Origin: Faecousia sp.
Lineage (GTDB): Bacteria; Bacillota; Clostridia; Oscillospirales; Oscillospiraceae
NCBI GenBank assembly: GCA_045587865.1
Contig: JAZNDD010000180.1
Location: forward strand, 6,353-70,352
Direction of reading: 5' to 3'
DNA: 64,000 nt
Positions 18,768 to 27,314 of this stretch are shown here, in pieces. The notes beneath the pieces are model-generated. The model was not told where the DNA came from. It saw only the letters and a list, made by a program, of their open reading frames with translations, and made no database searches. Positions within the stretch are counted from its first letter, which is position 1, and each line of letters starts with the position of its first letter. The position numbers were made by a program, and so were the translations under genes.

Positions 18768-18908
18768 GCCAAACTAAGTCAATATAAGAGCATTACTGCA
18801 ATTATGCTGATGGAATTTGCATTTTATCAAATTCACAGCACAATAACAAATGGGTATAGTAATCCCATGGATAAAATGCTCACAATTTTAATATTAACTT
18901 AGTTTGGC
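18768..18908. promoter_or_regulatory. Promoter segment flanked by 18-bp inverted repeats (candidate invertible switch)
   Basis: GCCAAACTAAGTCAATAT (18768-18785) and ATATTAACTTAGTTTGGC (18891-18908), 17/18 match; inside are TTGTTA-N17-TAAAAT (-) and TTCACA-N17-TATAGT (+). Confidence 0.55.
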
Positions 18909-19017
18909 ACACCTAGTTTACTACAGTTTTTGATTAAATTCAATATGACATTCCAAAATTTATAATTAACGCCAACAGCGGCGTAGATAATCTTTCCAAA
19001 ATTCTTATAGCAATAAA

Positions 19018-19044
19018 GGAACGGCACACAGGCCGTTCCCTACA
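19018..19044. repeat. REP-like copy, exact reverse complement of 16153-16179
   Basis: GGAACGGCACACAGGCCGTTCCCTACA. Confidence 0.85.
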
Positions 19045-19062
19045 TTCAATATCTTCAGTTTA

Positions 19063-19662
19063 TTACATTTCTTGTCTGCCTTCAAGGGCGCGGGAGAGAG
19101 TTACTTCATCGGCATATTCCAATTGACTGCCCACTGGCACACCATAGGCAAGGCGTGTAACCTTCACTTCCATCGGTCGCAACAGTCGGGAAATATACAT
19201 AGCAGTAGCTTCCCCTTCCGTATCCGGATTGGTCGCCATAATCACTTCACGCACATCTCCGGCACTAACTCTTTGCAGGAGTTCTTTAATACGGATATCA
19301 TCCTGCGTCACACGGTCAAGCGGAGAAATTACACCGTGCAGCACATGGTAAAGACCACCAAATTCACGGCTGCGCTCCATTGCGATCACATCCTTCGGCT
19401 CTGCAACCACACAGATGACGCCTCTGTCACGCATCGGATCTTCACAAATCGGACAAACTTCCCGATCCGTCAGGTTCTGACAAACAGGACATGTATGAAC
19501 TGTTTTCTTAGCCTGAATAATTGCATCTGCAAAGTCCTGTGCCTCGTTATCCGACAACCCCAAGACATGGAAAGCCAGCCGCTGGGCTGTCTTCCCGCCA
19601 ATGCCGGGAAGTCTTGCAAACTGATCAGACAGTTCCTGTAAAGCAGCGGGAAAATACTGCAT
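19063..19662 (-). CDS. recR: Recombination protein RecR
   Basis: LPGIGGKTAQRLA, C4 zinc finger, YHVLHG.ISP, ATNP..EGEATA, G..LEYAD. Confidence 0.97.
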   Translation of the reverse strand: MQYFPAALQELSDQFARLPGIGGKTAQRLAFHVLGLSDNEAQDFADAIIQAKKTVHTCPVCQNLTDREVCPICEDPMRDRGVICVVAEPKDVIAMERSREFGGLYHVLHGVISPLDRVTQDDIRIKELLQRVSAGDVREVIMATNPDTEGEATAMYISRLLRPMEVKVTRLAYGVPVGSQLEYADEVTLSRALEGRQEM

Positions 19663-19671
19663 ACTGCCTCC

Positions 19672-20016
19672 TTAGAACAAACCGCCCAGATTCAAACCAC
19701 CGGTCATCTGAGACATACTGTTGGCTGCATCCGATTCTGCAGCACGCATAGCCTCATTAACGGCAGCAATGACCATATCCTGAAGCATTTCCACATCATC
19801 CGGATCCACTGCCTCGGGATTGATCTCCAGAGAAACAATCTCATGCTTACCGTTTACTTCTGCTTTTACCATACCGCCGCCTGTGGTGGCCGTATAAGTC
19901 TTGCGCTCCATTTCTTCCTGCATACGGAGCATATCCTGCTGCATTTTCTGAACCTGCTTCATCATTGCAGCCTGATTCATTCCACCGGGCATACCCCGAA
20001 ATCCACCTTTTGCCAT
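19672..20016 (-). CDS. YbaB/EbfC nucleoid-associated protein
   Basis: GGGMVKAEVNG, DVEMLQDMVIAAVNEA; canonical dnaX-ybaB-recR order. Confidence 0.95.
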   Translation of the reverse strand: MAKGGFRGMPGGMNQAAMMKQVQKMQQDMLRMQEEMERKTYTATTGGGMVKAEVNGKHEIVSLEINPEAVDPDDVEMLQDMVIAAVNEAMRAAESDAANSMSQMTGGLNLGGLF

Positions 20017-20030
20017 TATACATTCTCCTA

Positions 20031-21632
20031 TTACTTTATATTCACAATATCAGAGTGATCTCTGCCAAACTGCAAAAGTTGTTCCATTTGAGAACTTTTT
20101 GCAGCACTGCTGTTTCTATCCTCTGCCACAACACATATCTTGCGGCCAACTCTGGCAGATGCCTTATTTTCGATCAGTTCCAGAACTTCCGGTTTGTTGA
20201 TCATATCCTTAATAAAGGGCGCTGAGCACATAAGCACCAACTTATCTCCACGCAAAACGCCTTGAACGGGAGCATTGGCAGATGTGGCAAAGAAACCCAT
20301 CAGAGGGGGTTTCAGTTCATTTCGAACCTCAGCAGCAATGTCTGTCCAAAATCCCACTGGCGTTTCTACCGTTTCTGTCTGCGCAAACTCAGGGGGTGCA
20401 TCAGAATCATCTGGGGCAGGAGGTCTCTCCTCTTCTTCAGTCTGCTGCACTTCCGCCACCGCTGTTTTCTGAACGGTAATGTCTCCACTTCTTATCTGAT
20501 TTTCAAGGCGCGTCAGACGGGCGTTGAGGGCTTCTGCATTCAATTCCAGTTCCGGCTGGCACATAGAAACAATACAAAGTTCTGTATCCATCCGACGGCT
20601 GGTACTTCTGGTAAATCCTGCAGCCGTTTGCTGGATCAGGCTCATCATCCGCACCAGTTCACCGCTGGAAAACCGGTCTGCAAGAGACAAAACTTCCCCA
20701 TCCGATGCCACACCGGAAAGCAATGTAATTCCCTCTTTTGGAGCTGTTTTAATAATCATAAGATCCCGGGTCAAGCAGGAAAGTTCATCCAGCAAAGCGC
20801 CCATATCTTTTCCATCTGCATAGAAGCGATTCACAAGGGAAAGGGCTGCGCTGGTATTGTGGTCTGCAATATATTGCATCAGTTTGCCACATTCCTGGAT
20901 ACCGGCAATACCCAGACAGGCATACACCCGCTCGGCAGTAAGTTCGCCGGTTGTTGCAGATGCACACTGGTCAAGCAAACTCAAGCCGTCACGCAGACCG
21001 CCGTCAGCCATACGGGCAAGCACTCTTGCTGCAGAGTCATCCAGATCAATATTTTCCTGATAAGCAACATACTGAAGTCTTGCCGCAATGTCTTCCTGTC
21101 CAATACGACGGAAGGAAAATCGCTGGCATCTGGATAAAATAGTAGCAGGAACTTTATGCAGTTCCGTAGTTGCCAGAATGAACAGCAGGTGCTCCGGCGG
21201 TTCTTCAATAATCTTTAAAAGGGCATTAAATGCCGAAAGGGACAGCATATGCACCTCATCGATGATATACACCCGCATTTTCACCTGAGATGGTGAGTAA
21301 ATGGCGTCATCCCGCAGATCACGAATGTTATCTACACCATTATTGGAGGCCGCGTCGATTTCCAGAACATCCATACAAGAACCATCGTCAATGGCACGAC
21401 AAGATGCGCAACGATTACAGGGATTGCCATTTTGCAGATCGGTACAGTTTACTGCCTTTGCCAGTATTTTCGCGCTACTGGTCTTACCCGTTCCCCGAGA
21501 ACCGGTAAACAAATAGGCGTGGCTGAGTTTTCCGGTCAGCAACTGATTTTTCAGCGTCTGGGTAACTGCCCCCTGACCGACCAAGTCATCAAATGTCTGA
21601 GGCCTGTATTTTCTGTATAATGCCTGATACAT
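20031..21632 (-). CDS. dnaX: DNA polymerase III subunit gamma/tau
   Basis: MYQALYRKYRPQTF, GSRGTGKTS, EIDAASNNGVD, IIDEVHML, SRCQRF. Confidence 0.97.
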   Translation of the reverse strand: MYQALYRKYRPQTFDDLVGQGAVTQTLKNQLLTGKLSHAYLFTGSRGTGKTSSAKILAKAVNCTDLQNGNPCNRCASCRAIDDGSCMDVLEIDAASNNGVDNIRDLRDDAIYSPSQVKMRVYIIDEVHMLSLSAFNALLKIIEEPPEHLLFILATTELHKVPATILSRCQRFSFRRIGQEDIAARLQYVAYQENIDLDDSAARVLARMADGGLRDGLSLLDQCASATTGELTAERVYACLGIAGIQECGKLMQYIADHNTSAALSLVNRFYADGKDMGALLDELSCLTRDLMIIKTAPKEGITLLSGVASDGEVLSLADRFSSGELVRMMSLIQQTAAGFTRSTSRRMDTELCIVSMCQPELELNAEALNARLTRLENQIRSGDITVQKTAVAEVQQTEEEERPPAPDDSDAPPEFAQTETVETPVGFWTDIAAEVRNELKPPLMGFFATSANAPVQGVLRGDKLVLMCSAPFIKDMINKPEVLELIENKASARVGRKICVVAEDRNSSAAKSSQMEQLLQFGRDHSDIVNIK

Positions 21633-21664
21633 CGGAATCCTCCTTCCTCAAGGATAGTTTAACG

Positions 21665-21964
21665 ACCGGCTCATAACAAGATCGCACACCCACATTTGAA
21701 CAAACCAAACACCCGGTTTCCTTGCAGCCAGCTCGGGAACGGCAATCCTACGGCACACGGGAAGATCCGCTTAATGCTGCTTGGTTCCCCACCTGACATG
21801 GTTCACGGGATCCCGTTGCGCAGGACCGTTCCTTCAACACCGCTTGCAAAGGCCAGACAGTACTCAAGTTTATCCGGGTGTGGGAATTCATCCCTGCTGT
21901 AGCGGATTGCAGGTAACAGGGCACCGCTATCTCCCCGACTAGTGCGACCTTGTTATGAGCCGGT
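21665..21964 (-). ncRNA. ffs: Large bacterial SRP RNA (scRNA, Alu plus S domain); exact ends uncertain
   Basis: - strand GTGAACCATGTCAGG-TGG-GGAA-CCA-AGCAGC helix 8; Alu-like GGTGCCCTGTTACCTGCAATCCGCTACAGCAGG; 23-bp terminal helix; canonical position upstream of dnaX. Confidence 0.92.
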
Positions 21965-21984
21965 CTGCTCATAACAGGTAATTT

Positions 21985-22206
21985 TTAGTTCAATTTGGAA
22001 TCGATAAAATCGGCCAGTTCCTGGAAGTTTGTGATCTTCTGATCTTCCAGATCCAATTCTACGCCCAGTTCATTTTCCAGATCCATAATCATCTCAACGA
22101 TGTCCAAGGAGTCAATACCCAGGCTCTCAAAAGTACTATCCGGAGAAATCTCAGAAGGATCCAATTCCAGTTGCTGTGCAGCATAAGTAACCAATTTTTC
22201 GTACAT
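21985..22206 (-). CDS. acpP: Acyl carrier protein
   Basis: LGIDSLDIVE phosphopantetheine site, acidic; RBS GGAGG; promoter TTGACA-N17-TAAAAT at 22247-22275. Confidence 0.92.
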   Translation of the reverse strand: MYEKLVTYAAQQLELDPSEISPDSTFESLGIDSLDIVEMIMDLENELGVELDLEDQKITNFQELADFIDSKLN

Positions 22207-22271
22207 AGTCATTACCTCCATATTGTATCGTTTTGACACTCATTGTATTTTAGTATATACATTTTATTTTG

Positions 22272-23492
22272 TCAATATTTTTTCACAGCCATACCGGATG
22301 CATACGCCGTTGCCCAGGCGATCTGCAAATTAAAGCCGCCGGTATAGGCATCGCAATCAATAATTTCACCGGCAAAGTATAATCCCTTTTTAAGTTTTGA
22401 TTCCATTGTTTTTGGATTGATTTCCGAAACCTTAACACCACCGGAAGTAATGATCGCTTCCTTCACCGGTCGCTTGCCGGATATTTGCACAGGAAATGCT
22501 TTAAAAAGTGTGATCATCGCCCGGCGCTGTTCTTTTTTCAGCGAATTTGCCTGCAGTTGCGCAGATATATTTAGTTTTCTGAGAACAACCGGAATCATTG
22601 ACCGGGGCAAAAGATCTGTAAGCGCATTTTCCATCGTTCTGTTTTTATACTGCTCCAGATCCCGCAACAGACGGTCATTTAGTTTTCCTTCGTCCAGTGC
22701 CGGTTTCAGGTCGATATGCAGATAGCACCCTTCCCCTTTCAGGTGGGCACTGGCACTGAGCACAGTGGGTCCGGAAACACCAAAATGGGTGAAAAGCAAT
22801 TCCCCAAAATCCTTATACAGAAGTTTTCCTTTTCCGCTAAAGAGTTTCACGCCCACATTTCGCAGGCTAAGTCCCTGCATATCCAGACAGTCCGTTCCTT
22901 CTGTTTCCAGGGGAACCAAAGAACCTTCCGGAGGAACAATTGTGTGTCCCAGAGCCTGCGCCATTGCATACCCGTCACCAGTGGAACCGGTTGCAGGATA
23001 GGATACACCCCCGGTGGCAAGAATGACCCATTGGGCATCATACTGTTGATCGGCTAAAACGCCGGTCACCTGCTCACCGTCAGAGAGTATTTTACGGACC
23101 CGCTCATTACGGACAGTAACACCCGCTTGGTGGATTTGTCTTTGCAGGCAGTCAAGAACAGAAACAGAGCGATCACTTACTGGAAAAACACGATTCCCCC
23201 GCTCCGTTTTCAGTGGGCAACCATTTTGTTCAAACAATGCCATTGTGCGCTCCGGAGGAAACGTCTCCATTGCACTATAGAGAAATCTACCGTTTCTTGG
23301 GATGTTCTGTAAAACCTCTTGGGCTGTGCAATTATTTGTTACATTGCAGCGACCTTTGCCGGTAATCAGAAGTTTCTTTCCAAGCCGATCGTTAGCTTCC
23401 AGCAAAAGTACCCGATTATTCTGCCGTGCTGCGGTAATTGCTGCAAGCATACCTGCCGGGCCACCGCCGATCACGATTCCATCGTACATCAT
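22272..23492 (-). CDS. HI0933/BaiN-family flavoprotein
   Basis: GGGPAG, GKKLLITGKGRCNVTN, ATGGVSYP.TGSTGDG, TGGFNLQ.A. Confidence 0.93.
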   Translation of the reverse strand: MMYDGIVIGGGPAGMLAAITAARQNNRVLLLEANDRLGKKLLITGKGRCNVTNNCTAQEVLQNIPRNGRFLYSAMETFPPERTMALFEQNGCPLKTERGNRVFPVSDRSVSVLDCLQRQIHQAGVTVRNERVRKILSDGEQVTGVLADQQYDAQWVILATGGVSYPATGSTGDGYAMAQALGHTIVPPEGSLVPLETEGTDCLDMQGLSLRNVGVKLFSGKGKLLYKDFGELLFTHFGVSGPTVLSASAHLKGEGCYLHIDLKPALDEGKLNDRLLRDLEQYKNRTMENALTDLLPRSMIPVVLRKLNISAQLQANSLKKEQRRAMITLFKAFPVQISGKRPVKEAIITSGGVKVSEINPKTMESKLKKGLYFAGEIIDCDAYTGGFNLQIAWATAYASGMAVKKY

Positions 23493-24358
23493 AGATCCAC
23501 TTCCTGTGTATCGTATACCTTATATTCTTCCCATACCCGTTCAAGGGTATCAAAATTCTTTTCCAATTCCTCTTTCCGTCCGGATGCCAATGCAACCAGA
23601 AGCGCATTAACAAGGCTCAGGGGGGCTACCAGAGAGTCCACAAGGGACACCATATCACTCTTTGCAACCAACACATAATCGCTATTTTGGGCAAGAGGGG
23701 AAAGATTGCTGTTCGTCAAGCCAATCACCGATGCGCCCACACTCCGGCAATACTGAACACCTTTCACTGTTGCGGTAGAGTATCTGGGGAAACTAAATGC
23801 AATTACCACATCTCCGGCTTCAATGCTTACCAGTTTTTCAAACATTTCACTGCCACCGGAAGTGGTAACAACGTGAACATTGTCAAACATATAATCCAGG
23901 TAATATCCCATAAAATTTGCAAGTGCGGCGGCAGAGCGCACACCCAACAAAAAAATCCGTTTTGCTTTCAGCACCGCTTCCACCGCATTGTGGAAATTTT
24001 CCCGGCTGACCGTTTCGTTAGTCTGCCGCAGTTTTTCCATATCCCCGTGCAGAACCATTGATATCACATCCTGATCACCCAGACGGTCATTGGTAACGCC
24101 AATGCGCTGAACGGAAGTAAGGCGGTTTAAAACCATTTCCTGCATTGCTTTTTGCATACTGGGGTAGCCATCATAGCCCAATTCCGTGGCAAATCGAACA
24201 ACCGTGGATTCTGACACATTGACTGTATTTCCCAGACGGCTGGCAGTCATAAAGGCCGCTTTATCGTAGTATTCTGTAATATAGTCCGCAATTCGGCGCT
24301 GCCCTTTGGAAAATTCACCGGATTTGGATTTTAAAATGGAAAGAATATCGTCCCGCAT
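23489..24358 (-). CDS. MurR/RpiR-family transcriptional regulator
   Basis: N-terminal HTH (VSESTVVRFA..LGY.GY) plus SIS domain (SFPRYS). Confidence 0.92.
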   Translation of the reverse strand: MRDDILSILKSKSGEFSKGQRRIADYITEYYDKAAFMTASRLGNTVNVSESTVVRFATELGYDGYPSMQKAMQEMVLNRLTSVQRIGVTNDRLGDQDVISMVLHGDMEKLRQTNETVSRENFHNAVEAVLKAKRIFLLGVRSAAALANFMGYYLDYMFDNVHVVTTSGGSEMFEKLVSIEAGDVVIAFSFPRYSTATVKGVQYCRSVGASVIGLTNSNLSPLAQNSDYVLVAKSDMVSLVDSLVAPLSLVNALLVALASGRKEELEKNFDTLERVWEEYKVYDTQEVDL

Positions 24359-24406
24359 AATACCCTCCAAATGATTAGCATACTGTTAGAAATATCATAA
24401 CAAAAC

Positions 24407-24436
24407 CGCCCCTCTTTTGCAAGTAAAAGAGGGGCG
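24407..24436 (-). terminator. Terminator after rluB
   Basis: 12-bp stem CGCCCCTCTTTT/AAAAGAGGGGCG. Confidence 0.7.
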
Positions 24437-24447
24437 TATTGCAAAAA

Positions 24448-25158
24448 TTATTTTCTTAGAGCATTCACTTCATCATCTGTTAAGTACCGCCAATGACCCC
24501 TTTTCAGGCTTCCCAATACAACACTGCCCTCGCGAACCCGAATTAAGCGAACAACATCCATTCCCGCAAGGGCACACATTTTGCGCACCTGACGGTTTCT
24601 GCCTTCGTGGATAATAATTTCCAGATTTGCTTTTCCCGTTTCATCCGGCTTCTTTAGCACTTTGACATTCGGTGTGGCAATGGTATGGCCATCAATCATC
24701 GCGGGCTTTTCAAGAGTTCTCAATCCTTCTTCCGTAAATCCTCTGACGACTACCTGATAAGCCTTCTGAATTTTGTGTTTCGGGTGCATCAGGTGATTGG
24801 CAAAATCCCCGTCATTTGTAAATAAAAGCAGACCTTCAGAATCCATATCCAGTCGTCCGACAGGATAAACACGTGTACCGCAATTCTCCACTAACTGTGC
24901 CGCATTGGGACGGCCTTTTTCATCAGACAGGGTCGTCACATATCCTCTGGGCTTATGGAGCATCAGATATATTGGCTTTTCGGCGGACGGAAGGGGTTTT
25001 CCGTCCACACAAATTACATCCAGATCCGGATCTGCCTGTTCTCCCAGTAAGCAAACACGACCGTTACAGGTAACTCTGCCGGCAGTGATCCATTCTTCTG
25101 CCTGTCTGCGGGAAGCCAGACCTCTGGCTGATATGATTTTTTGTAATCGTTCTTTCAT
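24448..25158 (-). CDS. rluB: rRNA pseudouridine synthase (RluB-like)
   Basis: S4 domain ERLQKIIS..G.ASRR; KPRGYVTT; VGRLDMDSEGLL; EGRNRQVRKM. Confidence 0.9.
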   Translation of the reverse strand: MKERLQKIISARGLASRRQAEEWITAGRVTCNGRVCLLGEQADPDLDVICVDGKPLPSAEKPIYLMLHKPRGYVTTLSDEKGRPNAAQLVENCGTRVYPVGRLDMDSEGLLLFTNDGDFANHLMHPKHKIQKAYQVVVRGFTEEGLRTLEKPAMIDGHTIATPNVKVLKKPDETGKANLEIIIHEGRNRQVRKMCALAGMDVVRLIRVREGSVVLGSLKRGHWRYLTDDEVNALRK

Positions 25159-26258
25159 AGTTCTCCTCTGATCCATAAACGAAACTTTTCCATTGCCGAC
25201 TTTTCCGGTTCGGGGATCTGCTCAATCGTATCCCCGAAAATCAGCGGGATCTTTCCAATCACCTTATCTCCAAGGCAAACATAGGCAAATCCAGCCTCCT
25301 GCCCCTGAACCACCGGTGCATACACAAAACCCGGTCCGGAGCGTATGATCTGCGGATCTTCTGTTTGCGTAAGTGCATACGCAAAGTCCTCTGCTGCAAG
25401 CAATGCAACTGAGCCGCATTGACCGCCTGCGATCTGTAAATTTCCCAGGCAATCACCCTGGCTGACAATTTTACAAACCTGGTAGTCTGAAAATCCCTGT
25501 TCCAGCAGAGTCTTATGATCCTGCCAATCATTGGGATCATTCATAGTTACTGCAATCAGTCTGCGTCCCTGTCTGGTAGCGCTGGATACCAGTATGCGCC
25601 CGGATGCTTTTGTATACCCGGTTTTCACCCCGTCAGCACCTTCCACTTGCCACAAAAGACGGTTGTGATTTCGCAAAGTTCTGTCTTTGATATTCACAGT
25701 TTTTGTAGACACTGTCTGGGCAAAAATGGGGTTTTCCATTGCATACGCCGCCAGTACAGCCATATCTTTTGCTGTGGAATAATGTCCCGGTGCATCCAGT
25801 CCATTGGGATTTACAAAATGGGTATTGTCCATACCAAGGCGGTGGGCTTTGTCATTCATCATTTCTGCAAAACCTTCCACAGTACCGCCGCAATAGATTG
25901 CCAGTGCCACTGCAGCATCATTGCCGCTGTGGAGCATCAGTCCGTACAGCAGGTCCTGAACGGTAAGAATTTCTCCCTCCTTCAGGTAGATGGACGACCC
26001 TTCAATGCCCACCGCTTCTTTGGGAATGCGAACTCTGTCCAGTACATTGGTTTGCTCGCAAACCACAAGGGCAGTCATTATCTTAGTGGTACTTGCAATC
26101 AAACTCTGGTGACCGGCATTTTTCTCATAAATCACCCGTCCGGTCTGCGCATCCAGCAATATGGCACTTTCTGCAGAAATTGCCTTACAGGGAAAAACCA
26201 GGATGGCAGCAAGCAATGCTGCTGACATCCCGGCGAGTATCCTTTTCATATTCATCAC
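25155..26258 (-). CDS. D-alanyl-D-alanine carboxypeptidase (S11, DacB-like)
   Basis: SxxK (ASTTK), SxN (SGND), KTG motifs and a signal peptide. Confidence 0.93.
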   Translation of the reverse strand: MMNMKRILAGMSAALLAAILVFPCKAISAESAILLDAQTGRVIYEKNAGHQSLIASTTKIMTALVVCEQTNVLDRVRIPKEAVGIEGSSIYLKEGEILTVQDLLYGLMLHSGNDAAVALAIYCGGTVEGFAEMMNDKAHRLGMDNTHFVNPNGLDAPGHYSTAKDMAVLAAYAMENPIFAQTVSTKTVNIKDRTLRNHNRLLWQVEGADGVKTGYTKASGRILVSSATRQGRRLIAVTMNDPNDWQDHKTLLEQGFSDYQVCKIVSQGDCLGNLQIAGGQCGSVALLAAEDFAYALTQTEDPQIIRSGPGFVYAPVVQGQEAGFAYVCLGDKVIGKIPLIFGDTIEQIPEPEKSAMEKFRLWIRGEL

Positions 26259-26289
26259 CTGTGGCTAGTTTTGCACACAGGCAGAAGAT

Positions 26290-26691
26290 TTATTCAGACT
26301 TTTCCTCTTTATTCTGCGTTCTGGATTCAATAAAATCAGCAATCTTATCCAGCGTATCCGGAATCATTTCCACGATACGGTCTGCTGTGGTGCTGGCAGG
26401 AACTGCCATCGGAACAACCCGGACATTTCCTTCTTTGATCACCAAAAATGCCACAGGAGAAACCTTTACACCGGCTGCGACACCGCCGCCAAAGGGATTT
26501 TCTGCAGACTTCTGGTTCTTTGTGGTAAAATCTGAACCGCCGCCGCCAAGACCCACACTGATTCTGGAAATGGGGATAATGGTTACGCCGTCATCTGTTG
26601 TGATCGGCTCACCAACAACAGAGTTGGCATCTACCAACTGACGAATCTTTGCAATGGTATTTTCAAGCATATCAGGAAGTTTGTGGCTCAT
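26290..26691 (-). CDS. ytfJ: GerW/YtfJ-family sporulation protein
   Basis: VDANSVVGEPI, GLGGGGSDF, FGGG..AGV..SPVAFLVI. Confidence 0.9.
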   Translation of the reverse strand: MSHKLPDMLENTIAKIRQLVDANSVVGEPITTDDGVTIIPISRISVGLGGGGSDFTTKNQKSAENPFGGGVAAGVKVSPVAFLVIKEGNVRVVPMAVPASTTADRIVEMIPDTLDKIADFIESRTQNKEEKSE

Positions 26692-26726
26692 ATTTCATAC
26701 CGCCTTTTCATAAAATGTGTACTAAA

Positions 26727-27314
26727 TCAGCCTTCAACATTGGCTGACTCTTCAATTTTCATCTGATCCGGGTCTTCCGCTACAACCGGTTCGCCCAAAT
26801 CAACCTTATCGATGGCAGGCAGTTCCTCCAAAGAACTCAGCCCAAATGTTCGCAGGAAATCCGCGGTGGTCCGATACAAAATAGGCCTTCCCGGTACATT
26901 AAGCCGTCCAGCATCTTCAATCAGGCTCTTATTCAAAAGGGCAGAAATGGAATAAGAACTGTCTACACCACGAATTTGCTCAACCATCGCCTTTGTTGCC
27001 GGCTGATAGTATGCAATAATCGTCAGCGCCTCCAACTGGGAGGAGGACAGTTTCGGAGGTTTGCGGGTCTCCAATGCCTTTGTGATATAATCAGCCATTT
27101 CACCGGAAGAAACCATCTGGTAGCCCTTATCCAGACGCAGGATGCGAATACCTCTGCGGTTAAATGCAAGTTCATCAGCCAGTGCATCTGTGGCTGCAAT
27201 AACATCTGCTTCGTCCACTTCAAAAGTCATCGCAAGACGGGCTATGTCCACAGGCTCACCGGCTGCAAACAAGACCGCTTCGATTGCCCTTTGTAATTCA
27301 TTTTGTTCCATCAT
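26727..27314 (-). CDS. scpB: SMC-associated protein ScpB
   Basis: IEAVLFAAGEP, LEALTIIAYYQP.T, GRP.LY.TT..FL..FGL. Confidence 0.95.
   Translation of the reverse strand: MMEQNELQRAIEAVLFAAGEPVDIARLAMTFEVDEADVIAATDALADELAFNRRGIRILRLDKGYQMVSSGEMADYITKALETRKPPKLSSSQLEALTIIAYYQPATKAMVEQIRGVDSSYSISALLNKSLIEDAGRLNVPGRPILYRTTADFLRTFGLSSLEELPAIDKVDLGEPVVAEDPDQMKIEESANVEG

Noticed and set aside
18745-18785. c-di-GMP-I (GEMM) riboswitch in the BspA leader
   Set aside because: The ACGCAAA-like word is on the non-coding strand, and the P1/P2 GNRA-receptor features are missing
20031-21632. Programmed -1 frameshift in dnaX
   Set aside because: I saw no A AAA AAG slippery site with a downstream hairpin
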